Part shown: in pieces, positions 35,354 to 44,700 of the stretch
Position numbering within the stretch: the stretch's first letter is position 1
Layout: each line of letters opens with the position of its first letter
Origin: Candidatus Aenigmatarchaeota archaeon
GTDB taxonomy: Archaea; Aenigmatarchaeota; Aenigmatarchaeia; GW2011-AR5
Reading direction: 5' to 3'
Assembly (NCBI GenBank): GCA_041645025.1
Contig: JBAZQV010000002.1
Span: 1 to 51,340, forward strand
DNA: 51,340 bases
Position numbers and translations under genes: made by a program
The notes under the pieces: model-generated
Told to the model about the DNA's origin: nothing
What the model saw: only the letters and a program-made list of their open reading frames with translations
Database searches by the model: none

Positions 35354-35375
35354 AGAAAGTAGCTTGTAGTCAAAG
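35354..35375 (+). repeat. Short repeat R3, copy 1 (AGAAAGTAGCTTGTAGTCAAAG), at the left edge of cassette A
   Basis: The same 22-23 nt, with one substitution, recurs at 36881-36903 at the left edge of cassette B. Confidence 0.55.
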
Positions 35376-35390
35376 AAATGTATTATTTAT

Positions 35391-35476
35391 CTAAAGATTC
35401 ATTGTTCTATAAACAATGAATCTTGGATCCCATCCTTCTTTGCGGAAAAGTCGGTGGTATACAAAGAAGATGTGAT
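35391..35476 (+). repeat. Two-hairpin element R2, copy 2
   Basis: AGATTCATTG (35395-35404) pairs with CAATGAATCT (35414-35423). Then TGGATCC, then CATCCTTCTTTG...CAAAGAAGATGTGAT. The framework matches 18966-19080 but the hairpin interiors differ. Confidence 0.6.
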
Positions 35477-35575
35477 TTTGGTTCACTTGCGCTCACAAAG
35501 TGGCTTGTTTATGATTGTTACAAAATTACATAAAATATGTTCAAATGTACATAACTTTAAGTACTTATGTTACAA

Positions 35576-35670
35576 AATTACATATTGAGAACTTTGATTA
35601 ACCCTATAATTTGTCAAAGTTCACAATAAGGACTTTGAATGAAATGTATACTTATTCAAAGTCCTCTATT
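35576..35670 (+). repeat. Repeat R1, copy 2 (hairpins C and D of the rpoF-upstream array)
   Basis: About 95 nt, roughly nine-tenths identical by eye to 28384-28478. In both places it ends ~12-18 nt before a gene start. Confidence 0.7.
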
Positions 35671-35688
35671 GACTGTTCAGGTATATGT

Positions 35689-36081
35689 ATGAGGATAGAG
35701 GAACACAGGAAGGCTTTGGAAGAGCATGAAAGGAATATCAGGAGATGTATAGATGATGGAATGGAGAAAAATCAAAGAAATATTGGATATAATATATCTC
35801 AGGCAAGCATAGAGATGCTATCAATATACTTGTTGAAACTTAAACTTGTGCAGGTTTCTATAAATTTTGACCACAGGATTTTCAAGCATTCAAAGTCCAT
35901 ACGAGAAAAACTGGTTTTTGATTTTCCCAGAAAGACAGAAATAATGGATCTTATGAGAAAAATTGAGGAAAAAAGAAATATTCTATGCTATGGCAAAAGG
36001 AAGTCCGAAAAAGAAATTGTCGAAATGCTGGCGTTTTATAATAACCTTAAGGAAATTGTTGGTGAGTTACATGAAGAATGA
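35689..36081 (+). CDS. Helical protein (130 aa), possible HEPN-like partner of the downstream nucleotidyltransferase
   Basis: Start trimmed to the ATG beyond repeat R1. All-helical composition. Overlaps the NTase gene by 11 nt. Only a weak Rx3H (DHRIFKH), so the HEPN call is tentative. Confidence 0.4.
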   Translation: MRIEEHRKALEEHERNIRRCIDDGMEKNQRNIGYNISQASIEMLSIYLLKLKLVQVSINFDHRIFKHSKSIREKLVFDFPRKTEIMDLMRKIEEKRNILCYGKRKSEKEIVEMLAFYNNLKEIVGELHEE

Positions 36082-36667
36082 TAGAATAGCTTATGCTGCT
36101 GCATTCTGCTCTTTTTTGATTGAAAGAGCTGAAAATATAAGATCTGTTATATTGTTTGGCTCCGTAAGTCGCAAAGATGCAGACAGGGAGAGTGACATAG
36201 ACATTTTCATAGACACAATGTCAGAGAGCACCAGAATAAACAAGATACTGAATGAGTTCTACAAATCTAAAATAAATGAGCTCTGGAAACTCAAAGGAAT
36301 AAAAAATCCTATATCATTGATTGTTGGCAACATAGAAAATAAAGAATGGACTGATCTAAAAAGAAGCATAATAACTGATGGAATAATTTTATTTGGCAAA
36401 TATAAATCAGAACCCGAAAAATTAAGGCATTATACGCTCTTTTCTTACAGAAACATAAAAGATGCAAAAAAGAGGGTGAACCTCCATAGAAAGCTGTTCG
36501 GTTATAATATCAGTGATAAACATTATACTGGTATTGTATCAAAATCAAACGGCATAAGACATGGCAGTGGCAGTTTTTCAGTCCCTATAGAGAATTACAA
36601 AGAAGTTCGTGAGATATTCAGGAAGATGAAAATAACACCAGAAATAATAGAGATATGGATAGGATAA
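36071..36667 (+). CDS. Minimal nucleotidyltransferase (MNT/Pol-beta superfamily) protein, 198 aa
   Basis: ILFGSVSRKDADRESDIDIFID (GS..D.D motif). Start set to MKNDRIAY. Confidence 0.7.
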   Translation: MKNDRIAYAAAFCSFLIERAENIRSVILFGSVSRKDADRESDIDIFIDTMSESTRINKILNEFYKSKINELWKLKGIKNPISLIVGNIENKEWTDLKRSIITDGIILFGKYKSEPEKLRHYTLFSYRNIKDAKKRVNLHRKLFGYNISDKHYTGIVSKSNGIRHGSGSFSVPIENYKEVREIFRKMKITPEIIEIWIG

Positions 36668-36683
36668 TCCCATTTATTTCCTA

Positions 36684-36740
36684 AAGAACATCCGCGAAGC
36701 GACGCTGTGGCCTAGAGACAGAACAAGACTTACACCATAA
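36684..36740 (+). pseudogene. Detached duplicate of the last 18 codons plus stop of aspS
   Basis: Matches 35286-35342 at 51 of 57 nt. Encodes the identical peptide KNIREATLWPRDRTRLTP*. The five sense-codon differences are all synonymous, and the stop is TAA versus TAG. Confidence 0.85.
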
Positions 36741-36798
36741 GCCTCTTTCTTTGGTAAAGAAAGACCCTTGGGAGAAAGAAACATATTATTTATTTTGG
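36738..36798 (+). terminator. Repeated post-stop hairpin element T, copy 2
   Basis: TAAGCCTCTTTCTTT-GGT-AAAGAAAGACCCTTGGGAGAAAGAAA..ATTATTTATTTTGG. Compare 28818-28879. Confidence 0.5.
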
Positions 36799-36818
36799 TT
36801 TACTGCCGTTCACTATAT

Positions 36819-36863
36819 TCACTTGCTGAACTCGCCGATCTCTGGTTTTATGATTTCTGCCAT
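36819..36863 (-). pseudogene. Detached duplicate of the last 14 codons plus stop of the ybaK-like gene
   Basis: Matches 38186-38230 at 39 of 45 nt. Encodes MAEIIKPEIGEFSK* versus MAEIIKPEIDEFSK*: four synonymous changes, one D/G change, and stop TGA versus TAA. Confidence 0.8.
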
Positions 36864-36880
36864 AAGCTCCTTTCTTCGCA

Positions 36881-36903
36881 AGAAAGTAGCTTGCAGTCAA
36901 AAG
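36881..36903 (+). repeat. Short repeat R3, copy 2
   Basis: AGAAAGTAGCTTGCAGTCAAAAG, preceded by the CCTTTCTT-CGC-AAGAAAG hairpin. Confidence 0.55.
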
Positions 36904-36985
36904 AACAAAAGTAACTTGTTTACGAAAAACAAAGCCATCTTCAGACAACAGCCCTTTTTATATCAAAATAACACATAGATTACTT

Positions 36986-38167
36986 ATGCCTAAAAGCAAC
37001 ATACCTTCTACAAAGTCATTTTTATTTATTATAGGAATGTTTTTTGTTATCGGAGGGCTTTTCAACTTCATGCAGAGTCCTGTTTTAATTACAGGGATGG
37101 CGTCAGATGACTGCATCCCGACCTTTACAACATGCAACGACGACAATGTTTACCAGCATTATGAAAACTGCGATGGCGAAAACATAGAGTACTGCCAGAA
37201 TGGTTGCAGCGGCGGCGCGTGTGCCTCTTGGTATAACACGACACCCACACCGTTGCCAAATCAAACCGTTCCGTTACCTAACCAGACAAAACCACTACCA
37301 AATCAAACTAATCCGGAATGCATTCCTACTGCTACAACATGCAACGGCAATTATGTTTACCAGCACTATGAAAACTGCGGTGGACAAAATATACAATATT
37401 GTCCATATGGATGCAGCGGTGGTGCATGTGTCTCTTTTTATAACACGACACCTAAAAATACGACTAACGGTACCACACCAGAGACGTTTATACCAACTTC
37501 AGCATGTATTGATAGTGATGGCGGAAAAAATTACTTCCAGAAAGGCACTTTGGTCGCCTATACGAGTGATGCACCCTTTCCTATTATGAAAGTAGACTAC
37601 TGCATAAATTCTAATAAATTAAGGGAAATGTATTGTGATAATTCTGTTAAAAATTTTGGTTCGCTTCCTAAGGAAGAAAGTTACGTGTGCCCGAATGAAT
37701 GCCAAAACGGGGCTTGTGTTGTCAATAGTACAAACTCAACACCTTCATGCATTCCGACATATACGTCGTGCAACGGCAATTATGTTTACCAGCACTATGA
37801 AAACTGCGGCGGTCAAAATAAAAAGTATTGCCCATATGGATGTGATGATGGATTGTGCGTCTCTTCTAATGGAACAGCCCCGCCCTCTAATCAAACTGCT
37901 CCTCCAACCCCAAACTCATGCCAGAATAGCTGCGGTGCAAAATCAGGCAATTGTTGGTGCGATTCAATATGTGTAATGTACGGTGATTGCTGCTCTGACT
38001 ATGACCAAGAGTGTGGCGGAACAGGTCTTGCGTCTTCACCGAGCTCTTCAAGTACCAATTCAGGCTCGTGTCAGAATATGTGCGGCGTAAATTCAGGCAG
38101 CTGCTGGTGCGATGTATTGTGTAAAAAATATGGCGACTGCTGTCCTGATTATGCTGAAAAATGCTAG
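36986..38167 (+). CDS. Secreted or anchored cysteine-rich protein (393 aa): three YQHYENCGG-type Cys modules, a PLPNQT microrepeat and two C-terminal somatomedin-B-like domains
   Basis: N-terminal helix FLFIIGMFFVIGGLF. Three copies of CIPTxT[TS]CN..[NY]VYQHYENC[DG]G[EQ]N..YC..GC..G.C. Two copies of C-x3-C-x6-C-x-C-x3-C-x5-CC-x6-C. Confidence 0.8.
   Translation: MPKSNIPSTKSFLFIIGMFFVIGGLFNFMQSPVLITGMASDDCIPTFTTCNDDNVYQHYENCDGENIEYCQNGCSGGACASWYNTTPTPLPNQTVPLPNQTKPLPNQTNPECIPTATTCNGNYVYQHYENCGGQNIQYCPYGCSGGACVSFYNTTPKNTTNGTTPETFIPTSACIDSDGGKNYFQKGTLVAYTSDAPFPIMKVDYCINSNKLREMYCDNSVKNFGSLPKEESYVCPNECQNGACVVNSTNSTPSCIPTYTSCNGNYVYQHYENCGGQNKKYCPYGCDDGLCVSSNGTAPPSNQTAPPTPNSCQNSCGAKSGNCWCDSICVMYGDCCSDYDQECGGTGLASSPSSSSTNSGSCQNMCGVNSGSCWCDVLCKKYGDCCPDYAEKC
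37919..38164 (+). other. Two somatomedin-B-like 8-Cys domains (37919-38014 and 38069-38164)
   Basis: CQNSCGAKSGNCWCDSICVMYGDCCSDYDQEC and CQNMCGVNSGSCWCDVLCKKYGDCCPDYAEKC. The Cys spacing and the GDCC.DY core match the SMB pattern, except for a shorter second loop. Confidence 0.6.
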
Positions 38168-38185
38168 ATACAAACAGAATATTTT

Positions 38186-38644
38186 TTATTTGCTAAATTC
38201 GTCGATTTCTGGTTTTATGATTTCTGCCATGTCCCGCGAGCTCATGTTTATCGAAATCTCATGAAGCCCGGCGTTGAAGTTCACTGTCTGGTTATCGAGA
38301 ATATGACGGTCCATGAAAACCTGCAGGCCGAACAAATTGCCGAAGGGATGGACACTTCCCACCTCGCAGCCGGTCATGCGAAAAACGTCTTCGGCGCTGG
38401 CAAGTTTTGCTTTTCCTATTTTTTGTCGAAGACGGTCAAAATCTATTTTTTTGTCACCGGGCACCAAAATCAGAAAGAAGCCTTTTTCGGATTTCACGAC
38501 CATTGCCTTTACGCCGCTGCTCAAAGGCACGCCGCGTATGCGCGCAGCTTGCTCTGAAGTATAGACGCGCTCGTGAGTGAGAACTTTATATTCTATATCG
38601 TGTTTGTCAAGCAGATTTTTCAATGATTCGACTTCTGATTCCAT
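38186..38644 (-). CDS. YbaK/ProX-type aminoacyl-tRNA trans-editing (deacylase) domain protein, 152 aa
   Basis: ..TSEQAARIRGVPLSSGVKAMVVKSEKGFFLILVPGDKKIDFDRLRQKIG..LASAEDVFRMTGCEVGSVHPFG fits the YbaK/ProRS-editing pattern. Confidence 0.75.
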   Translation of the reverse strand: MESEVESLKNLLDKHDIEYKVLTHERVYTSEQAARIRGVPLSSGVKAMVVKSEKGFFLILVPGDKKIDFDRLRQKIGKAKLASAEDVFRMTGCEVGSVHPFGNLFGLQVFMDRHILDNQTVNFNAGLHEISINMSSRDMAEIIKPEIDEFSK

Positions 38645-38773
38645 AAATAATTATAGTAAAAAAGAGATTAAAATACAAACTAAGCCCAAATAAATACTTG
38701 CTTTCCAATTATGGTCGTTTTTTGTCCCTAATTATCTTTTTATTCGGGAAAATCCAATAAAATCCTAGTGCAT

Positions 38774-41700
38774 ATGAAAGCGCAAACAGCTTTAGGTATA
38801 TTTATCGCATTTGGCGTAGTATTATTAATAGGATTGTCTTTTTTTACAACCAAGGCTTATGCAGAGCCATGCAATTGCTTTGATAACACTGACTGCGCTG
38901 TTGGTGAAACGTGCGATCCTGATAACACCATGTGCACGGTAACTGATGGCAATGTAGGCATGTGTGTTGCTGGCGGTGGATTTACTTGTACCCCTGCCTG
39001 CACTTCTCCACAAGTATGCCAGAGCGGTACATGCGTTACTCCTCCTACTACACCACCCGGCACTGATACAGGCGTAGCAATAGGAGTTGGCGACGTGACA
39101 TCGTGTTCAGGCACAACAGGCTGCGCTGGCGCAACGTGTCGCTGGAGCAAATGCGCGACAACTGCTAACCCCACAAAGATAGAGTTCACATTTACCATAC
39201 CTAACACGTGCAATGGAAATTCAATATGGTCAGGTGGAAGATGGGTTCCTGCTAATCCGTGCAGCACAAATGCTGTTTCATTTCCTGCCAGCGTGAAAGC
39301 TGCTTATGCCAACAACTGCCTGCACAGCATTCTTCTCACAGAAGTTCAGTCCGATGATTATGGAAAAGTGTGCGCTGGTCCAGGGTGCAGCGCCAGCAGC
39401 GCTCCAGCCGCCGGCATTATTCCAGGTCCGGGTGGCGGCGGCGGTGGTGGCGGAGGCAATAGTTTTGTTTCTGGCACACCCATACTGCTTGTTGATGGCA
39501 GTTCCAAGCCAATTGAAGAAATAAAGATTGGAGACAAAGTCCGTTCATTTGACCCGGAGACCGGCACTTTCTCTATTGGTAATGTCACGTCTATTCTTAC
39601 ACGAGATGTTCAGGAAAGTTATATTCTTGACTTTGATGACGGTTCAAGTGTAGGAGTTACTGGGACACACCCGTTTTATGTCAAGACAGCCGCTTCCGGA
39701 GTTCCTACTATACACAAATATTTTGTGCAGGTCAAGGACCTGATGGCTGGCGACCGGGTCTACAAGGCATATGACAACCGGGCTGTTTCTGTCAAGATTA
39801 CTGTTATTCGGCAGATATCAAAGCCAGTTACTGTTTATAATTTCAACGTTGAGCCGTTTCATACATATATTGCCAACAACATGGTGGTCCATAATATCAA
39901 ATCAGAGAGAGGTCCCTTCGCAAATGTCGTGGCAAAGCCGACGTTTAGCGTGACAGGATTTGCGACAGCCAGCGGCGGTGTTATCTATACAGCAGCAAGC
40001 AATGCAGTCTGGGCACCAAACGTTGACGCGACTAACGCGTTTGACAAAACAGACCCAAAAGTAAGCCTTTATGTTGTTGATACGATAGCCGCAAACTACG
40101 GCGGAAATTCAAGAACCATAGGCGCGACGTTTAAGGTAATAATTCTCAATCCATCTCCAACACAGAAATGCGTTATGGATACGGCAACGGGAAAACCAAA
40201 AATAGTACCTTTGTGTGCTGGCACGACAGCAGAATGTACTCAGACACCTACGGAAATACCAACACTTACTGCCCCGCGGTGCATTGATTTGACAAGTCAG
40301 AACGGATGGCAGGCTACAGGTCCTGCTGTCTCAAAATGTGTTGACAGCAATCAGTACAAGGCTATGGTTACACCACAGGCGTACAAGGTCTCTACGTGCA
40401 CAAAATATGTACCAGACCTGACATTTTCAAAATATGGTAATTATACAACTAATGCAACCGCTCCTGGTACTCCGCCCCGCGGTGGTTCTGCTACGAGAGA
40501 TAACTGGACAACAAGAACGTCCTGTGGCACCCTTGGCTGCAATCCTGCTACTGGATTGTGCAAGACAGGCGGTGGAGGTGGATGCCCTGATGGGCAGACA
40601 AAGTGCAGCGACGGTGTTTGCAGGACTGACTGTGGCGGCACTTGCATAAAGCCCCCTTTGCTTAATTCAATAAATGCAACTCCGCGGCGAGTGGCGCCTA
40701 CAGGTATTGTAACAATGTCAAGTATTGGTTCCAGTTCTGAATCCATAACAGATGCAGGCAGCACTACTCCAAGGCGAATGAAAGTGAAGCTGGAGTGCGG
40801 CACAGCTGAAGGTAATATTCAAACTACTAGCCCTCCACCAGGCGGCGACGATACCGCGTGCAGGACCAGAACTAACCCGGCATCAATACTTGCTTCTGTA
40901 CGGGCTGCGCGTGCTGCGTACGGCGCAATGGTTAGTGCTGAAGAAGCAGCGGTTCTCTTAAACAAGGCAGCATGGGACAACAAAGACGCTGGTTGGGGAT
41001 TGCTAAGCAAGACAGGTGGAAATAGTTGTCCGCATTCGTCTGGTTCTATTTCATGTGATATTCTTTTCCATAAACCTTCTGGCTTGATATATGATGTTCT
41101 TGGCAGCGGGCCTGGGCCAGAAGGTCCTGGTCCAAGCAATCCGCAATGGGGATGTACTGGCAGAGCTGAAACAAGTAAGTGGGTTGCACCTACCACGCCT
41201 ACAGGCGGAGGCACTGCTGTTTGTGCTGGCAAAACTCCAGGCTGGTATGATCCTACAATGTGGGGTGGCTGCCCACTTTCAGAATGCCGACAGAATAGTG
41301 CAACATGCTCTAGCTGTGGAGAAGCTCTTGCATATTGCGATGGCACCAACTGGAAGACAGATTGGGACCCTTTTGTTACTGAAAGTCAAAAGGCCACAGC
41401 AACATCAGGTCATACGTGCCCTTGCGCTACCGGTCTTACAGGCGGAGTTACATCGAAGCCTACGTTCAGCGTGACAGGCTTTGCAACCGGCGGTGCGTGC
41501 GAAACTTGCGCTGAAAAAGGGCAGACAGATAAATACCAAAGTGATGTAAAAAATGCCGCAAACAAATATCTTGCTTCTCATCCGGAAATTGGAGATTTGC
41601 CAAGTTATGGTGCTGCTGATGGGGGGAGTGATGAAGGTGAAGCTGCAGTAGCCCAACTTAGAGACGGAGTAATTGCTATTTTAATTGGTCAAGGCTTTCA

Positions 41701-44700
41701 TGCCGAAACAATAGGAAGCTATCCTCAAATAGTAGCTGTTTGGAAAGATGGTGATCCCGATAAAACAGGGTATAGAGTAACTGCAGGTGGAGGAAAAATA
41801 CATGACGCAATTCAAGCAGGTTATTGTGGCGGACATGAGACTTTTGGTGGCACTGATATTATCCCTAGTGGTTGTACATCTGCTCCTACTGCTGCAAGAG
41901 ATGGTACGAGTGGCTCATGCCAGACGGGCAGCTTCACAGCAAACCTTTGCAGCGGACAACTCGCTGACAACAACCCAACTTGTACATTGACGCTCCCGCC
42001 AGAATGGAAAAGGGGCGGCTTCTTCCAGAATCTTTACTGCCGCCTTAAGGATGAGTCCGGCATGTATTCAAACTCAAGCAGGACAAGCATAATAGTTGAC
42101 AACAACCCGCCGACGTCAAGAATAACCGAGCCGGTGGCGAACAGCGTCCAGACAGCCAACTTCCAGATTAAGGTCACGGACGCAGATGATTCTGGCCTGG
42201 ACAAATGTTATTATACAACATCTGGTAACACAGCTACGCCCATTGCTTTGCCGCGGGGAAACATTGCGCTTTCAAATCCTTACAGGGTATGGAGACCGCT
42301 TGACGTGGCTTATAGCACTAAGAGTGATGTGGCGCTGGCTGTGTGGAGCACTGAACATCAAGGTAAGGTCATCGGCCAGTTTATAACGGATGCCGGGGCG
42401 CTGCGAGGCGGTAATGTTATTCTTGGAAGTAGTAGTGATTTCGTTGGCTCAATAAAAATCACCTATGACGAGGATGATGATTTGTTCTTAGTTGCATGGG
42501 GTGCTGCTGCCGGCAACAATATGGGACCAACATATGGCAGCTTGGTAAAAGCAGATGGAACTTTTGTCAAGCAGAATTTTGTTATTATGAACAACTGTGA
42601 TTTAGGCATTCATGCTTCCTCCAGCGGAAATATAGCCTATAGCTCAGGCGCGAAAAAATTCTTTGTATCATGTACGCGTGGCGTCATAACCAGGGGCAGC
42701 ATTATAGGTAATTCAGTTACGCCAACCGGCACTGTTGGGAATGAAGTGGTGGTGACAGGTGATGGAATGTTTGGCTCTTCAGCTGCGGCAGGCGGGAGCA
42801 GTGTTCTTGCTACATGGTTTGATCAGAACGGCATTGCCTACGGCAGACTATACAATCCTAATGGCGCAGCTTTGACAGGTCCAATTAGAATTTCAACCGG
42901 AACGCTGGGAGGTTATGTTTCGCTTGTCGCGTTCTATGATACTACACGCAATGAGTATACCGCTTTCTACTGGGGGAGTGTTGGAAGAAAACTTTACAAA
43001 CGCACCATTGGACCAAGCGGTACTCTGGGAACCGAGTCTACTGTGTTCACCAACAACAATGTCGGGGTCAGTGACATTGCCTATAATCCTTTGACCGGCA
43101 GCTATTTTGTTGCTGACCAGCACCAGGATGATAACGGAAATGGTTATATTAAGATAAGCAGCGGTGGAGCTGCGTCAGGGTCAGTTAGAGTTTCTGAAGA
43201 CATGACGCTGCCACATTACACACCAGCTATAATAGCTACAGGGAATGACGTGCCGCTTACAATAATGAATCAGGCTGGTGATGCTTATGCGCAGTTCGGT
43301 GGGTTGGGAGGCGCAATTAGTGGCGGCAGACTCAGAATATGCAACAGCCAGACAACAATAACCGTTGGGCCTGGTAACGATTGTCCTGACCAGGGCTCTT
43401 GTACTGTAAGCGCTTTTGCGACCGACACTGTTGGCAACATTGGTGCACCGGATTCACGCAGCTTTACGATAAATTTGATTCTTACAAATATTACTTCCCC
43501 ACTAGACGGCAGCAACCAGACCGGTAACTTTTCCGTGAATGTTCAGGACAGGGACTTTGCTTCTACGACAAACAGCACAATTACATGCACCTATGATATC
43601 TACAGTGTTGGTTCAACATCTACAAAGATAGTTGACAATGCAGCGCGCAGGTGCAACAGCAACTTCACTGTGAGCATTGGACCTGATGGCGACTGCAATC
43701 TCATGGGACAGGGTTCATGCAAAGTTGTTGCAAAGGTCAACAAAACTATGAACGGCACCAGAATCGAAGATACCAGTACAAGATTCTATAACATTGACTG
43801 GGTTACACCTTTCTCAGAAATCGTCAGTGCACCTAGCAACTGGGTAACTTCGGACTTCACTATTTCTGTAAGTGATAACGCTCAGGGCGTTGCCAGCAGA
43901 ATATCAAAATGCCAGTACAAGGTGGTCAGCAATGCAACCCAAACCGTGTCATGGACTGACAGGGCATGTGGCATTGGCGCACCTGCCAGCGTAATGATAA
44001 CGGTCGGGCCAGGAAAGAACTGCAGGCACGAGGGCGGCGACGCGTGCACAATATTTGTCAGGCCTATAGGCATGTCAGGATTACCGGGCGTAGAAGATAA
44101 TGTTTCTGTTCCAATAATTTTTAATGTCACAGATACAAACGGCTTTTCGGTCACAACAACCACACAAACTGAAAGGGGCCTGAACTTCAGCGGCACTACA
44201 CGACAGGAGTTGAGATTATATACATTTTATGTCTGCAACAAAAACTCAAATGTTAACAGTTGCATAGCAGCATACAACAGCAACAACAGGGGCGCGAACA
44301 AGCCGAACTTCTGCGGCTCGCTTCTTGGTAAATGCGAGCTGAGGTGCAGCGACCAGACAGTTTTGTACTACTTTGCCGCGAGAGGCACACCGGTTGGCCA
44401 ATCCGCGACAGTTACTGTTGTCAGCACTATCACGAGCGCCGCATGCCCGACATTCAATATTGGCCAGATAAACGAATGGTATCAGATATTTACTGACCTC
44501 GATGTGCAAATTGGGACTGAGATAGGAATTGTTGATTCTTCCATAAGCCAGAACGGCGAGACGGCTATTGCCAACAACGAGACTCTTGTGATTCTAAGGG
44601 AAGCGCTGCTCATTACAAAAGACCATTTGAAAAATATGACGATGGAAATGCAGGACCTTACGGTTACAAAAGCGCGACAGCTGATTCAACGCTCGCTTGA

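Noticed and set aside
36751-36978. 75-aa plus-strand ORF between the cassettes
   Set aside because: It spans terminator-like repeat T, the antisense ybaK remnant and repeat R3. It is made of non-coding repeat material.
39461-39895. Canonical self-splicing intein
   Set aside because: The residue after the terminal His-Asn is Ile, so there is no +1 nucleophile. The flanks (poly-Gly and IKSERG) do not look like a conserved host-protein site. It is classed instead as a cleavage-type Hint/BIL-like domain.
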